Part shown: piece by piece, positions 52,152-62,382 of the stretch
Numbering within the stretch: the first letter of the stretch is position 1
Layout of the letters: each line of letters begins with the position of its first letter
DNA from: an uncultured Chloroflexota bacterium
Lineage (GTDB): Bacteria > Chloroflexota > Dehalococcoidia > UBA2979
Assembly (NCBI GenBank): GCA_903917615.1
Contig: CAIXBH010000172.1
Span: 5,898 to 69,897 of the forward strand
Direction of reading: 5' to 3'
DNA length: 64,000 nucleotides
Made by a program: the position numbers and the translations under genes
The notes under the pieces: model-generated
What the model saw: only the letters and a program-made list of their open reading frames with translations
What the model was told of the DNA's origin: nothing
Database searches by the model: none

Positions 52152-52748
52152 ATGCGACACGGTCGGCGCAACGCAGAGTCCGGTGGTCGTGTGCCAGGCG
52201 TGCTGCGCACGGGCGTCGCACGGGCGGCGTGGCTCGTCGTCGGTTTCAGCACGGTGATTGCTGTGTGCGTCGGGTGTTCGCGGACGCCAGCGGCGCCGAC
52301 GGCGACCGCCACTCCGCCGCCAGCCGCCACGCTCGTCCCGTCGCCCACGGTCACGACGTCGCTCGCGACATTCGATCCGCCGCCGCTGCTCAAGCTCACC
52401 GGGAACGCCTGCGCCGACTGGCCCGCGTTGAAGCAGAGCTCGCTTGGCGTGTTCAACGGTGCCGCTGATGTCATCAGCCGCACCCTGCCCGCTCACATCG
52501 CGAATCTGACTGCCTTCGCGGCGGCGGTGCCTGCCGGGCAGAAGGCGGACGCCCGCGTCCTCCTGGACACGTGGACGTCCGCGGGCAAGGAATGGCAGCG
52601 CATCGGCTACGACCCGGCGAAACTCGGCACCGACCAGGCCGCGCAGGCGGCTATCCGCGCGCTCAGCGCACCGCCGGTTGCGGACGCGACCGCGCGTCTC
52701 GATGGCTGGGCGCTGGCGTGCGCCGCAGGCGGCGCCGCCAAGCCCTGA
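52152..52748 (+). CDS. Putative lipoprotein
   Basis: Hydrophobic stretch ending CVGC, Pro/Thr linker, helical domain with two Cys; start uncertain. Confidence 0.65.
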   Translation: MRHGRRNAESGGRVPGVLRTGVARAAWLVVGFSTVIAVCVGCSRTPAAPTATATPPPAATLVPSPTVTTSLATFDPPPLLKLTGNACADWPALKQSSLGVFNGAADVISRTLPAHIANLTAFAAAVPAGQKADARVLLDTWTSAGKEWQRIGYDPAKLGTDQAAQAAIRALSAPPVADATARLDGWALACAAGGAAKP

Positions 52749-52819
52749 ATCCGCGTGAGCCCGCCCGGCGGACTCCGAAGTACGATGCCTCCGGCAACGC
52801 CGAGCTGACGGGAGGACGC

Positions 52820-53710
52820 ATGAGACCCCGCGACCGCATCGACTACAGCGCGTCCATCGACCGCGCGCCGCTCCGGTTCCCGGAGGGCGTCCGGCTCGTC
52901 GTGTGGCCGATCGTGAACATCGAGAACTGGGACATCGACGGTCCGATGCCTCGGACCGTGCTGCCGCCGCCCATGGGCGGGAGCCTGCTGCCCGACCTGC
53001 CGAACTGGGCGTGGCAGGAGTACGGCATGCGCGTGGGCTTCTGGCGCTTCCTGGAAGCGTTCTCCAGCCGCGGCATCCGCCCGACGCTCTCCATCAACGG
53101 CTCCGTGTGCGAGGTCTACCCGCGCGTCGCTGGCGCGGCGCGTGATGCCGGATGGGAGTTCATGGGCCACTCGCACGTGCAGCGGCCGATGCACCTCGTC
53201 GAGGATCAGCGGGCTGCCATCCGGCAGACCGTTGAGGTGATCACCGCGTTCACCGGGAAGCGCCCGCGCGGCTGGCTCGGCCCCGGTCTCACGGAAACGT
53301 TTGACACGCCCGATTACCTCGCGGCGGAGGGGTTCGAGTACGTCGCGGACTGGGTGCTGGACGACCTGCCGCAGACGATCCGGACGACCTCCGGCCCGCT
53401 CGTCACGCTGCCATACAGCGTCGAGTTGAACGACATTCCGATGATGATGGTCCAGCACCACCCGGCGCGGGAGCTCTACGACCGCACGATGGACCAGTTC
53501 AACCGCCTCTACCTCGAAGCGGAGCACGGCGCGCGCATCATGGGCATCGCCGTGCACCCGTACATCAGCGGCGTGCCGCATCGCATCGGCTACCTCGAGC
53601 GCGCCCTGGACGCGATGGCCTCGCAGCCGGGTGTCGCGTTCTGGAACGGCGAGGAGCTCCTGGACTGGTACCGGGCCACGCCGGAAGGCGCCGCGGCGAC
53701 TGCGCGATAG
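52820..53710 (+). CDS. Polysaccharide deacetylase (CE4) family protein, PuuE-like
   Basis: WPIVNIE, EYGMRVGFWR, EFMGHS, PRGWLGPG, PYSVELND, IAVHP. Confidence 0.92.
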   Translation: MRPRDRIDYSASIDRAPLRFPEGVRLVVWPIVNIENWDIDGPMPRTVLPPPMGGSLLPDLPNWAWQEYGMRVGFWRFLEAFSSRGIRPTLSINGSVCEVYPRVAGAARDAGWEFMGHSHVQRPMHLVEDQRAAIRQTVEVITAFTGKRPRGWLGPGLTETFDTPDYLAAEGFEYVADWVLDDLPQTIRTTSGPLVTLPYSVELNDIPMMMVQHHPARELYDRTMDQFNRLYLEAEHGARIMGIAVHPYISGVPHRIGYLERALDAMASQPGVAFWNGEELLDWYRATPEGAAATAR

Positions 53711-53796
53711 GCCGTCGCCGCTCGCGACGGTCGCGCGATTACGGGCGTGGTCTGCTACATTCCGCAGCGGTTCGTGGCGCAGAGGAGGCAGCGACG

Positions 53797-54807
53797 ATGG
53801 TGACGCCGGCTACGGCAGACTGGCTCGCTTCGGTTCCCGACGAGGAGCCGATCGAAACTGACATCCCGATCATTGACCCCCACCATCACCTCTATCACCG
53901 GCCCGATGGCATCAAGTACGTGCTGGAGGACATCGTCGCGGATGTCGAGGGCAACAACATCCGCCAGACCGTCTTTGTCCAGGCGGGCGCGATGCTTCGT
54001 GCCGACGGGCCCGAGGACTTCAAGGTCGTCGGCGAGGTCGAGTGGGTGAACGGCATCGCGGCCGCGAGCGCGAGCGGTCGCTACGGCGACACGCGCATCG
54101 CCGCCGGCATCGTCGGCCACGCGAACCTGCTGCTCGGTGAGAACGTGGGCCCGGTCCTGGACGCGCTCATGGCCGCGAGTCCGCGCTTCCGCGGCATCCG
54201 CCACAGCGTCGGCTGGACGGACCCGCCGTTCCGGCCGACGACGAACACGCAGCACATGGCGTTCGACAAGACCTACCGGGCCGGCTTCGCGGAGCTCGGG
54301 CCGCGCGCGCTCTCGTACGAGGCGTGGCTGTACTACAACCAACTGCACGACCTCGTGGAGCTCGCTGAGGCCTTCCCGGACACGTCGATCATCCTCAACC
54401 ACATCGGCGGCCCGCTCGGCGTTGGCGCGTGGGAGGGGAAGCTCGACGAGGTCTTCGAGGCCTGGAAGCCGGCGATCGCGGAGGTCGCGACGTGCCAGAA
54501 CGTCACCGTGAAGGTGGGCGGCATCGGCATGGGCTACCTGAACGGCTTCGGCTGGGAGAAGCGTCCGACGCCGCCGAGCTCCGACGACATGGTGAACGTG
54601 AACCGTCGCTGGTTCGAGCACGTGATCGAGTGCTTCGGTCCGGACCGCTGCATGTTCGAGAGCAATTTCCCGCCCGACAAGGCGTCGTCCTCGTACACGG
54701 TGCTGTGGAACCACTTCAAGAAGCTGACGAAGGCGTTCACGCCGGACGAGCGCGCGGCGCTGTTCCACGACACCGCGCGGCGCGTCTACCGGCTGCCGCT
54801 GCACTAG
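53797..54807 (+). CDS. Amidohydrolase_2 family protein (lactonase-like)
   Basis: IIDPHHHL, FRGIRH, ILNHIGG, RCMFESNFP. Confidence 0.92.
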   Translation: MVTPATADWLASVPDEEPIETDIPIIDPHHHLYHRPDGIKYVLEDIVADVEGNNIRQTVFVQAGAMLRADGPEDFKVVGEVEWVNGIAAASASGRYGDTRIAAGIVGHANLLLGENVGPVLDALMAASPRFRGIRHSVGWTDPPFRPTTNTQHMAFDKTYRAGFAELGPRALSYEAWLYYNQLHDLVELAEAFPDTSIILNHIGGPLGVGAWEGKLDEVFEAWKPAIAEVATCQNVTVKVGGIGMGYLNGFGWEKRPTPPSSDDMVNVNRRWFEHVIECFGPDRCMFESNFPPDKASSSYTVLWNHFKKLTKAFTPDERAALFHDTARRVYRLPLH

Positions 54808-54845
54808 TCGCGATCGGGCCCCGCGCTTGCGGGGAGGGGGTGCGT

Positions 54846-55847
54846 ATGAAGGTCCTGGTGATGGGCGGCTCGCGGTTCGTGGGTCTGCACGCCGTCCTTG
54901 AGCTGGAGAAGCACGGCCACGAGGTCACGGTGTTCAACCGCGGCCAGACGCCGCTGCCGCTGGAGTTCCCCCCCTCCGTGCGGCGCGTGTACGGTGACCG
55001 CCACGATCTGGAGGGCATGACCGAGCTCTTCCGCAACGAGGAGTTCGACGCGGTCGTCGACGTGAGCGCGTACTTCCTCGCGGACGTCGAGAGCATGGTG
55101 AAGATCTTCAAGGGACGCATCGGGCATTACGTGTTCATGTGCACGCCGGCGATCTACGACCTGCCTCAGCGCCTGCCGCTGCGCGAGGACAACAAGCTCA
55201 AGGGCCCGGAGTGGCCTGCGGAGGACTACGGCCGCAACAAGGCGATCTGCGAGGCGTACCTCACGCAGCAGTTCCGCGAGAACGGCTTCCCGTGGAGCAG
55301 CATCCGGCTGCCGATCATCATGGGCCCGTACAACACCGCGAAGCAGCGCGAGCAACTGATGTTCCATCGTCTGCTGCAGGGCCGGCCGATCCTCATCCCC
55401 GGCGATGGCTCCACGGTGCTGCACAGCAACTACATCCCCGACATGGCGGTGGGGATGCGCAAGATGCTGCTGAACCCGCTGACGTTCGGACAGGCGTATA
55501 ACGCCGCGATGCAGGAGTACTGGTCCGACGAGTCCTGGGTGGACGCGGTGGCCGAGGTGGTCGGCGTCACGCCGAACAAGATCTTCATGCCGCACGACGT
55601 CACCACGGACGCATACAAGGAGTGGGGCTACCAGCCGATCCAGCGGACGCAGGCCGGCCGCATTCCCTGGTACAAGAGCTGCGTGTTCGACATCCAGAAG
55701 TACCAGGACCACGTCGGTCACAGGCAGGAGCACACCCTCAAGGGCGCGCTGGCTGAGACCTACGACTGGTTCCGTCGGGACGGCGTCGACAAGACGTTCG
55801 AGTGGGACTTCTCCAAGGAAGACGCCACTCTCGCGAAGTTGAAGTAA
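54846..55847 (+). CDS. NAD-dependent epimerase/dehydratase family protein
   Basis: MKVLVMGGSRFVG, FNRG, YGRNK (YxxxK). Confidence 0.9.
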   Translation: MKVLVMGGSRFVGLHAVLELEKHGHEVTVFNRGQTPLPLEFPPSVRRVYGDRHDLEGMTELFRNEEFDAVVDVSAYFLADVESMVKIFKGRIGHYVFMCTPAIYDLPQRLPLREDNKLKGPEWPAEDYGRNKAICEAYLTQQFRENGFPWSSIRLPIIMGPYNTAKQREQLMFHRLLQGRPILIPGDGSTVLHSNYIPDMAVGMRKMLLNPLTFGQAYNAAMQEYWSDESWVDAVAEVVGVTPNKIFMPHDVTTDAYKEWGYQPIQRTQAGRIPWYKSCVFDIQKYQDHVGHRQEHTLKGALAETYDWFRRDGVDKTFEWDFSKEDATLAKLK

Positions 55848-55857
55848 GGGGCGCGTT

Positions 55858-55899
55858 CCCCCTCCCCCTTCGAGGGGGAGGGTTGGGTGTGAGGGGGGG
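55858..55899 (+). repeat. G/C-tract palindromic REP-like element, intergenic copy
   Basis: CCCCCTCCCCCTTCGAGGGGGAGGGTTGGGTGTGAGGGGGGG, same architecture as 2067-2104. Confidence 0.7.
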
Positions 55900-55927
55900 C
55901 GAGCGGCCCGCGAAGGTCACCAGAACG

Positions 55928-55957
55928 ACGAAGGCCGGGCGTGAGCCCGGCCTTCGT
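55928..55957. terminator. Bidirectional terminator-like hairpin
   Basis: ACGAAGGCCGGGC-GTGA-GCCCGGCCTTCGT between convergent genes. Confidence 0.75.
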
Positions 55958-55980
55958 GTGTGTGCGTCCGCGTCGAGGCG

Positions 55981-57168
55981 CTATGGCTCGCGCGTGAAGA
56001 TCATCCCGGAACCGCGGAGCAGCGGCGAACCGTCGATGGCGATCGCCGTGTTTGCGTCCTTGATCTGACGCTTGTCGGCGCGGTCGGTCACCTGGCGCAC
56101 GGCCTCGGCCAGGTGGCCCATGCCGTGCAGGCGGCCCTCCGACAGGCTGCCGCCGAAGGTGTTCACCGGTAGCGAACCTTCGAGCGACACGTTGCCGTTC
56201 TGCACGAAGTCGAGCGCCTCGCCCTCGCCGCAGAAGCCAGCGGCCTCGAGCCAGTAGAGCGTCGAGGGGGCGAAGCCGTCGTAGAGCTCGGCGACGTCGA
56301 TGTCCTTCGGGCCCATGCCGGCGCGCTCGTAGATCTTGCCGACGTGCGGGCGCCCGGCGTCCAGGTAGCTGTCCACCATGTACGTCAGGTACTCGGGGCG
56401 GTGGGCCGTGTTCTGGCCGTAGCCCGCGATGTACGCCGGCTTGTTCTTCAGGTCCTTCGCGCGGTCGGCCGTCGTCATGACGATGGCCGTGCAGCCCTCG
56501 ATCGGCACATCGCAGTCGAAGAGGCACATCGGCTCAGCGATCATGCGCGCGTTGAGGTAGTCCTCCACGCTCATCGGCTGGTTGTAGAAGAACGCGCCCG
56601 GGTTCAGGTTCGCGTTGCGGCGGCTGTTGGTGACCAGCGCCGCCATCTTCTCGCGGTTCTGGTGGTACTTGTTCAGGTAGTGGCGGTAGGCGATGGCGTG
56701 CGTCTGGTAGCCGTGCACGTGACCGTAGACCGCGCCGAACTGCCCGTCGCCTCCAGCCGAGTAGCTGCGGAACGAGTTGTAGGTGCCCTTCGGGATGTGC
56801 ATGGCGCGCCAGAACAGCACGTACTTCGCCGCGCCGGAGATGAGCGCGTTCACACCCTCGATCGGGGCGGACGCGATCATGCCGGTCGAGATCTGCGCGT
56901 ACCACTTGATGTCAGGCGCGAGCCCGCCGTGGTTCATCAAGAACAGCGCGTTGACCAGGTCCTCGCCGTCGCGGCGGCCGGCGCCGGCGAACGGCTGGTC
57001 CGGATACGTGCAGATGCCGTCGATGTCCTCGGGCTTGAGGCCCGCATCCTCGATGGCCGCGCGACATGCGTCGAGCGCGAGCGCGCCCAGCGGCGCCTCA
57101 GGGCGACGCGTCAACTTCGAGAGGCCGATGCCGACAACGGCGGTCTTGCCTTTGCCTTCCCAGACCAT
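55981..57168 (-). CDS. Thiolase-superfamily protein (SCPx/Ltp2-like)
   Basis: DAGLKPEDIDG, NPGA, RMIAEP..LFDCD, AELYDGF, NTFGGSLSEGRLHG. Confidence 0.9.
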   Translation of the reverse strand: MVWEGKGKTAVVGIGLSKLTRRPEAPLGALALDACRAAIEDAGLKPEDIDGICTYPDQPFAGAGRRDGEDLVNALFLMNHGGLAPDIKWYAQISTGMIASAPIEGVNALISGAAKYVLFWRAMHIPKGTYNSFRSYSAGGDGQFGAVYGHVHGYQTHAIAYRHYLNKYHQNREKMAALVTNSRRNANLNPGAFFYNQPMSVEDYLNARMIAEPMCLFDCDVPIEGCTAIVMTTADRAKDLKNKPAYIAGYGQNTAHRPEYLTYMVDSYLDAGRPHVGKIYERAGMGPKDIDVAELYDGFAPSTLYWLEAAGFCGEGEALDFVQNGNVSLEGSLPVNTFGGSLSEGRLHGMGHLAEAVRQVTDRADKRQIKDANTAIAIDGSPLLRGSGMIFTREP

Positions 57169-57228
57169 GGAACCCTCCTTGCTGCCCGCGGTTCGTGGCG
57201 CGGGAGCGTGTGCCGTGACGGCTTGTTG

Positions 57229-57654
57229 TTACTTCGCGGGGCGGAACTGCGGGAGCGTCTGGTCCGTGCCTTCGATCTTCTCGAAGAACACTTCCATCGG
57301 CATGCCCAGCGTCAGCGAGCCGTCGTCCGCACCGGGCAGGTACCCGAGGAAGAGCAGCTTCGGCTGCTCGTCGAGCTCAACGAGGACGGTGCGGTAGGGC
57401 ACGCGGTCCTCGAAGCCGGTGATGGACTGCATGTGCATCACCTCGTACGAGTAGAGCTTGCCCTTGCCAGACACCGGCTCCCACTTCAGGTCGAAGGAGT
57501 GGCACTCGTTGCAGATGATGCGCGGCGGGTGCGAGTAGAACCCGCACTGCTGGCACCGCTGGGCCATGAGGCGCCCTTCGGCGACCGCGTCCCAGAACGG
57601 CTGCGTCAGTTCGTCCGGTTGGGGGACGACTCGACGTGGGCTGTCAGTGGTCAT
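57229..57654 (-). CDS. Zn-ribbon/OB-fold (DUF35/ChsH2-like) protein
   Basis: PFWDA, QRCQQCG..PRIICNEC, SGKGKLYSY, VELDEQP. Confidence 0.93.
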   Translation of the reverse strand: MTTDSPRRVVPQPDELTQPFWDAVAEGRLMAQRCQQCGFYSHPPRIICNECHSFDLKWEPVSGKGKLYSYEVMHMQSITGFEDRVPYRTVLVELDEQPKLLFLGYLPGADDGSLTLGMPMEVFFEKIEGTDQTLPQFRPAK

Positions 57655-57711
57655 TGGTTCTTCCTACCCTCCATACACGGACGTTATTACCACACTGGAG
57701 CGCCTGCGGCG

Positions 57712-59016
57712 CTAGATGACGCCCTGCTCCTTGAGTGAGGCGATCTCGTCGGGCTTGAAGCCCAGCAGATCGCCGTAGACGTAGTCGGCGTGCTCGTTCA
57801 CCGTCGACGCACGTCCGCCGTTGAAGACCGGCGTGCGCGACAGCTTCGGGGGGTACGCCTCGATGTCGAACGTGCCGACCTCCGGGTGCGAGGTGACCGG
57901 GTAGATCTCCCGGTGACGGAGCTGCTCGTCGTATTCCACGCGGTCCTCGGCGCCCTGCACCGCGGCCGCGACGACACCGGCCTGCTGGAGCCGCGTCATG
58001 ATGTCGTACCGGCGCCGCGGGGCGGTCCACGTCGAGATGATCTCGTCGAGCACGTCCTGGTTCGCGTAGCGGTCCGCCATCGTCACGAAGCGCGGGTCAG
58101 ACAGCAGCTCCGGCTTGCCCATGACCGCGACGAGCGACTCCCACTGCTGCTGCGTGGGCGCTGCGATGAACACCCACCAGTCCTGTCCCTGCCGGTCGAT
58201 GCCGGCGGTGCGGTACGTGTTGTGCGGCGCGATCGCGGGCCACTCGGAGTGGTTGCCGGGCGGGAAGTTCGGGCGGCGCGTCGGCCGGCCGTTCACCTGG
58301 TAGTCGAGGAAGTACGGGCCGAGGAGCGCCATGGCGGCCTCCGTAACGGCGAAGTCCACGTACAGGCCGCGGCCGGTCCGCTTGGCCTGCAGGAGGCCCA
58401 TCATGAGGCCCAGACCGGCCATCCAGCCGCCCGTCACGTCCATGTACGAGTAGCCCCAGCCTGCGGGTGGCTTGCCGGGCAGGCCGGAGGTGAACGTGAG
58501 ACCGCTGGAGGCCTGCGCAGACGGGCCATAGGTGCGGAACTCGCCCCACTCGCCCTTGTGGCCGAAGCCCGAGGTGCTCAGGTACACGAGCTTTGGGTTG
58601 ACCTCGTGCAGGTGGTCCCAGCCCATGCCCCAGGAGTCCAGTACGCCGCCGCTGAAGTTCTCGCAGAGCCCGTCGCTGATCTCGATCAGCTGCTCCAGGA
58701 TGCGCTTGCCCTCGGGGTGGCGGGTGTTGAGCGTCACGCCGAGCTTCCCGCGGTGCAGGTGGCTGTAGTTCGGCGTCGTGTAGTACGGCGGCGAGTCCGG
58801 CGCGTCGCGGAACTCGGTCTGTCCGGCCGCTGCGGTCCCCGCGGTCTTGCGGAAGTCGAAGCGGTGGTCGTCGGGCCGGTGCGGCGGCTCGATGTGGATG
58901 ACCTCGGCGCCGTAGGGGGTGAGCATGCGCGCTTCCCACGGGCCGACCGTCTTCCAGGTCAGGTCGATGATGCGGGTGCCGTTCAGGAACCCCTTCGGCT
59001 GATCCCAGTTGTTCAT
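57712..59016 (-). CDS. Family III CoA-transferase, catalytic subunit (BbsF-like)
   Basis: LNGTRIIDLT, GAEVIHIE, ENFS, PAGWGYSYMD; ATGA overlap with its partner. Confidence 0.9.
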   Translation of the reverse strand: MNNWDQPKGFLNGTRIIDLTWKTVGPWEARMLTPYGAEVIHIEPPHRPDDHRFDFRKTAGTAAAGQTEFRDAPDSPPYYTTPNYSHLHRGKLGVTLNTRHPEGKRILEQLIEISDGLCENFSGGVLDSWGMGWDHLHEVNPKLVYLSTSGFGHKGEWGEFRTYGPSAQASSGLTFTSGLPGKPPAGWGYSYMDVTGGWMAGLGLMMGLLQAKRTGRGLYVDFAVTEAAMALLGPYFLDYQVNGRPTRRPNFPPGNHSEWPAIAPHNTYRTAGIDRQGQDWWVFIAAPTQQQWESLVAVMGKPELLSDPRFVTMADRYANQDVLDEIISTWTAPRRRYDIMTRLQQAGVVAAAVQGAEDRVEYDEQLRHREIYPVTSHPEVGTFDIEAYPPKLSRTPVFNGGRASTVNEHADYVYGDLLGFKPDEIASLKEQGVI

Positions 59017-60254
59017 CGCACCACCTCCGTTGCCGCCAGTGCATCCACCTCGGAGCCCGTCAGGCCGAGATCGCCGGTCAGGATCGCGCGCGTGTGTTCG
59101 CCGAGGTGCGGCGCGCGCCGCTTCGGCATCGAGCCCAGGTCGTCGTTCGAGTAGAGCCCGCGCGGGTAGAGGATCGTCTTCCCGATCTCCTCGTGCTCGA
59201 TCGGTGCCCAGTAGGCGCGCTGCTTGTAGTGCTCGTAGTCCAGGTTGTCCTCGGGTGCGTGGACGGCGGCCCAGGCGAGGCCGAGCCCCTGGCCGCGGAT
59301 GAACGCCTCGTGCGCGGGCACTTTCGCGAGCAGCCGGTGGATGCCCGCATGGATCTCGTTGCTGTGGCGCAACTGCGTCGCGCGGTAGAAGTCGTCGTTG
59401 TACTTCTCGTCGGCGAGGTCCTCCGCGACGCCGACTTCCTTCATCCAGTTCACCAGCTGCACCCACGTGTGATTCGTGAGTCCCGGCGTGGAGACCTGGA
59501 TGTAGTTGCCGTCGGCACAGAGCACCTGAGTCGTCGGACGGTAGGTCGGCGCCGCGTGCTGGCCCGTCTGCCGGAGGTACGGCGCGTTGTACCAGAGCCA
59601 GTTCGGCACGGCGCTCTCCGTGCTCGTGCCGACGATGTCGTGGATCGAGAGGTCGAGCATCTGTCCCAGGCCGCTCGTCATCCGCTCGAAGAGCGCTGCA
59701 GTGATGGTGTGCAGCGTCACGACGTTCGACATGTTGTACGCGTGATTCCGCTGCCCGCCGATGGGCGTCTCGTGCGGGTCGCTGTAGCCGCTGCTGCCCA
59801 TCGGCCCGCCGAGCGCGAGGTGGGCGGCGTCGGTCATCTCGTACATCGCCCACGGCCCGTCCTGGCCGAAGTCCGTGATCGACGTGTAGATGAGGCCCGG
59901 GTTCAGCGCCGCAACCGACTCGTAGTCGAGGCCGAACTCGCGGAGCGTGCCCGGCTTCGTGCTCTCGACGAAGATGTCAGCTGACTCGAGGAGGCGCCGA
60001 ACGAGGTCCTGCCCCGGCTTGCGGGTGATATCGACCGCGATGCTCTCCTTGCTGGTGTTGTAGAACCAGTAGTCGAGGCAGCGATTCGGATCTTCCTGGT
60101 CATCGACGAAGGGGCCGATCCAGCGCCCGGGGCTGCCCGTCACCGGCTCGACCTGGATGACACGCGCGCCAGAGTCGGCGAGCAACTTCCCGATGAACTG
60201 GTTTCGCCGGTCGGCGAGCTCGACGACCGTGAAGCCTTCGAACACCTGCGCCAT
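59013..60254 (-). CDS. Family III CoA-transferase, non-catalytic subunit (BbsE-like)
   Basis: GKLLADSGARVIQVEP, YNTSKESI, ITDFGQDGP, APHLGEHT; NHAYNMS at the Asp position. Confidence 0.88.
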   Translation of the reverse strand: MAQVFEGFTVVELADRRNQFIGKLLADSGARVIQVEPVTGSPGRWIGPFVDDQEDPNRCLDYWFYNTSKESIAVDITRKPGQDLVRRLLESADIFVESTKPGTLREFGLDYESVAALNPGLIYTSITDFGQDGPWAMYEMTDAAHLALGGPMGSSGYSDPHETPIGGQRNHAYNMSNVVTLHTITAALFERMTSGLGQMLDLSIHDIVGTSTESAVPNWLWYNAPYLRQTGQHAAPTYRPTTQVLCADGNYIQVSTPGLTNHTWVQLVNWMKEVGVAEDLADEKYNDDFYRATQLRHSNEIHAGIHRLLAKVPAHEAFIRGQGLGLAWAAVHAPEDNLDYEHYKQRAYWAPIEHEEIGKTILYPRGLYSNDDLGSMPKRRAPHLGEHTRAILTGDLGLTGSEVDALAATEVVR

Positions 60255-60374
60255 GGATGTCCCCTCCCGCTATGCAACTCGGCACAAGGGGCCGGTCACC
60301 CGCCGGCCCCTCGCGCGATCCCAATGGTCATGCCCGGGCGTGGAGACGGCCATACGGCCGGCCACGCGGCGGGG

Positions 60375-61280
60375 CTAGCGCGTGCCGCGCAGGCGCGGGT
60401 CGAGGACGTCCCGGAGGGCGTCGCCGAACATGTTCACGCCGAACACGACGAGGCTCAGCGCGATCGCGGGACCCCAGAGCAGCCAGGGGGCGGCGAACAT
60501 GTACGCGCGGCCCTCGACCGAGAGCATGCCGCCCCACGAGGGGGCCGGCGGCTGAATGCCGTATCCGAGGAAGCTCAGGGTCGCCTCGGCGAGGATGAAC
60601 TCGCCGAAGCCGAGGGACACGATGACGATGATCGGCGACACGATGTTCGGCAGGATGTGCCGGATCATGATGCGCGCGTCATCTGCACCGAGGGCCCTCG
60701 CCGCTGTGACGTATTCGCTGTTCGAGATCTGCATCGTCGAACCGCGCATGACGCGCGAACTCGAGATCGCACGTGGCAGGGCCAGCGCGATGATCACGTT
60801 CACCAGGCTCCCACCCAGCACCACCATGATCGCGATGAGCAGGATGATGCCCGGGATCGCCTGCACCGCGTCCACGACGCGCTGGACGATGTAGTCGAAC
60901 AGCCCGCGGAAGTACGCGCTCATGATCCCGATCACGATGCCCGGGATGAGCGCCAGGAACGAAGCCCCGAGGCCGACGAAGAGCGACACCCGTGCTCCGT
61001 AGACGAGGCGGGAGAACACGTCGCGCCCGAACTGGTCAGTCCCCGCCAGGTGGTCAGCCCCAGGCGGCAGCAGGACCGACGTCTGGTCGGTCGCCAGCGG
61101 ATCGAAATGCGCGATGACCGGCGCGAAGATCGCCGTCACCACCAGCAGCAGTGTCATCGCCGCGCCGAAGGCGCCGAACGGCTTGCGAGACACGAACTTC
61201 CAGAGCTCGTGCAGGAAGCCGCGATTCTTCCGGTCGACGCCACGGGCGTTGCCCGTGCTGATTGCGGTTTCACGCGCCAT
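60375..61280 (-). CDS. ABC importer permease (DppC/OppC family)
   Basis: GTDQFGRDVFSRLVYGARVSL, EYVTAARALGA, HILPN, PSWG. Confidence 0.95.
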   Translation of the reverse strand: MARETAISTGNARGVDRKNRGFLHELWKFVSRKPFGAFGAAMTLLLVVTAIFAPVIAHFDPLATDQTSVLLPPGADHLAGTDQFGRDVFSRLVYGARVSLFVGLGASFLALIPGIVIGIMSAYFRGLFDYIVQRVVDAVQAIPGIILLIAIMVVLGGSLVNVIIALALPRAISSSRVMRGSTMQISNSEYVTAARALGADDARIMIRHILPNIVSPIIVIVSLGFGEFILAEATLSFLGYGIQPPAPSWGGMLSVEGRAYMFAAPWLLWGPAIALSLVVFGVNMFGDALRDVLDPRLRGTR

Positions 61281-61340
61281 GGTGGATCACCATCCCTCGT
61301 CTCGTGAAGCGTCCGTCAGATGCCGGTGGCATGAGGGAGG

Positions 61341-62294
61341 TCACGAGTAGCGAATCCGCGGGTCGAGGAAGCCGTATGACAGGTCCACGGCGAGGTTCGT
61401 GATCATCACGAAGAAGCCGACGGAGACGACGACGCCCTGAATGATCGGGTAGTCGCGCGCCGTGATCGCATCGAGCAGCAGGCGGCCGATGCCGGGGAGC
61501 GCGAAGAGGCTCTCCGTGACGACCGACCCACCGATGAGCGCTGAGAGCTGCAGGCCGAGGAGCGTCACCACCGGGATGAGCGCGTTCTTCAGGCCGTGGC
61601 GGACGATCACGGTGAAACTCGTCAGGCCCTTGGACTTGGCGGTGCGGATGTAGTCCTGCTGCATGATGTCGAGCATGGTCGTGCGCATCATGCGCGCGAT
61701 GCTCGCCGACAGCCGCAGTCCCAGCACGCCGGCCGCGGGCAGCACGATCGTCATGTTGATCACGGGGTCTTCAAGGAAGCTCTTGTACTGGAACGGGATC
61801 GCCGTCTGCCACCACAGCGCGGGTAGGACGACGATTGCCTGAGCGACCACGAAGTTCGGCAGGCTGATGCCTGCAATCGACATGCTCCGCAGGCCGTAGT
61901 CGAGCGGCGAATCCTGCTTCACAGCAGAGATCACGCCGAGCGGGATCGAGATCAGCACCGACACGAGGATCGCGACTGCCGCCACCTCGCCGGTGACCGA
62001 CGCGCGGTCGATCACCATCGTCGAGACCGACCGACCGTCCCACAGCGAGTTCCCGAGGTCGCCGTGGGAGACACCCAGCACGTACTCGCCGTACTGCTGC
62101 GGCAGCGACTTGTTGAGTCCCAGTCGCTCGCTCACCTGCGCCCGCATGGCGGGCGTCACCTGTGCACTGCTGCCGGTGAGCATGAGGTCAATGATGTTGC
62201 CGGGGAGGAAGCGTGTCAGCGAGACGACGATGAAGAGCATCACCAGCATCGTCGGGATCATGGCGAGCAGGCGGCGCGCGGCGTACCTGGCCAT
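61341..62294 (-). CDS. ABC importer permease (DppB/OppB family)
   Basis: GDLGNSL, QDYIRTAKSKGL, HGLKNALIP, RDYPIIQG, LDPRIRY. Confidence 0.95.
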   Translation of the reverse strand: MARYAARRLLAMIPTMLVMLFIVVSLTRFLPGNIIDLMLTGSSAQVTPAMRAQVSERLGLNKSLPQQYGEYVLGVSHGDLGNSLWDGRSVSTMVIDRASVTGEVAAVAILVSVLISIPLGVISAVKQDSPLDYGLRSMSIAGISLPNFVVAQAIVVLPALWWQTAIPFQYKSFLEDPVINMTIVLPAAGVLGLRLSASIARMMRTTMLDIMQQDYIRTAKSKGLTSFTVIVRHGLKNALIPVVTLLGLQLSALIGGSVVTESLFALPGIGRLLLDAITARDYPIIQGVVVSVGFFVMITNLAVDLSYGFLDPRIRYS

Positions 62295-62314
62295 CGATTA
62301 CCTCCGGTTCGCAC

Positions 62315-62367
62315 CCACGCCGGCCGTTGCCGGCGTGGCTCCGAGCGGAGGTGAGCCGCTCGGAGCC
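62315..62367 (-). other. Tandem intercistronic hairpins after the substrate-binding protein gene
   Basis: CCACGCCGGC-CGTT-GCCGGCGTGG and GGCTCCGAGCGG-N7-CCGCTCGGAGCC; typical mRNA-stabilising or attenuating position. Confidence 0.6.
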
Positions 62368-62382
62368 TCGCGGATGTGGACG